A stretch of 62,355 nucleotides of DNA, taken from assembly GCF_001194135.2 (NCBI RefSeq), contig NC_068984.1:128427412-128489766 (forward strand). The letters run 5' to 3'. This document shows positions 62,043-62,355 of this stretch, one piece after another (position 1 is the first letter of the stretch; each line of letters opens with the position of its first letter). Source of the stretch: Octopus bimaculoides. Taxonomy: Eukaryota. Below the pieces are notes generated by a model. That model was not told the origin of the DNA, ran no database searches, and saw nothing but the letters and a program-made list of their open reading frames with translations. The position numbers were made by a program, and so were the translations under genes.

Positions 62043-62355
62043 GTTGGGTCATATACTGTATCCTTTAATCATAGTTTTTTTTTTTATGAGATAGGTCATG
62101 TCTGTTGAGATATTTGAATCATGTTACTTTGTATTGTTATCACCTGATACAAAGTAACGCTTTTATTTTCTTTGTTTTACATCTAACTGTTTCTGTAGAA
62201 TGGTTCTTCTAAATGTGAATATTAATATGTTGTGTTAGGATCTATATATACACAAAAAGCACAGCATGGCTATATGCTTAAGATGTTTGCTTCTCAACCA
62301 CATGGTTTCAGATCTACTGCATAGCACCTTGGGATAGTGTTTTGTACTATAACCT

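Overview
AT-rich, microsatellite- and SINE-dense animal genomic DNA with 5 large and 2 small N gaps. The repeat families look like those of a coleoid cephalopod, probably Octopus (inference). Two convergent intron-rich genes were reconstructed by hand, with canonical AG/GT sites and consistent reading phases. (1) NAMPT on + has 8 coding exons from 5288 to 30163; the short first coding exon is not visible and may lie in the 2872-3603 gap. (2) A complete 10-exon, 376-aa KLHDC10-like kelch protein lies on - (57288 to 38423). A weakly supported third gene may start on + from a bidirectional promoter near 57.5 kb. Mobile elements include a full-length decayed DD34D mariner, a truncated DD41D Tc1/mariner element, an RTE LINE 3' end, TA- and TTAA-flanked MITEs and many tRNA-head SINEs. 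The best leads are: a Penelope-type minimal hammerhead ribozyme motif on the sense strand of KLHDC10 intron 3; a 122-bp inverted SINE pair whose arms share private changes; a competing-stem foldback next to a KLHDC10 exon; and NAMPT Asn codons at conserved Asp positions that A-to-I editing could restore. Nearly all ORFs in the supplied track are microsatellite, gap or repeat artefacts.
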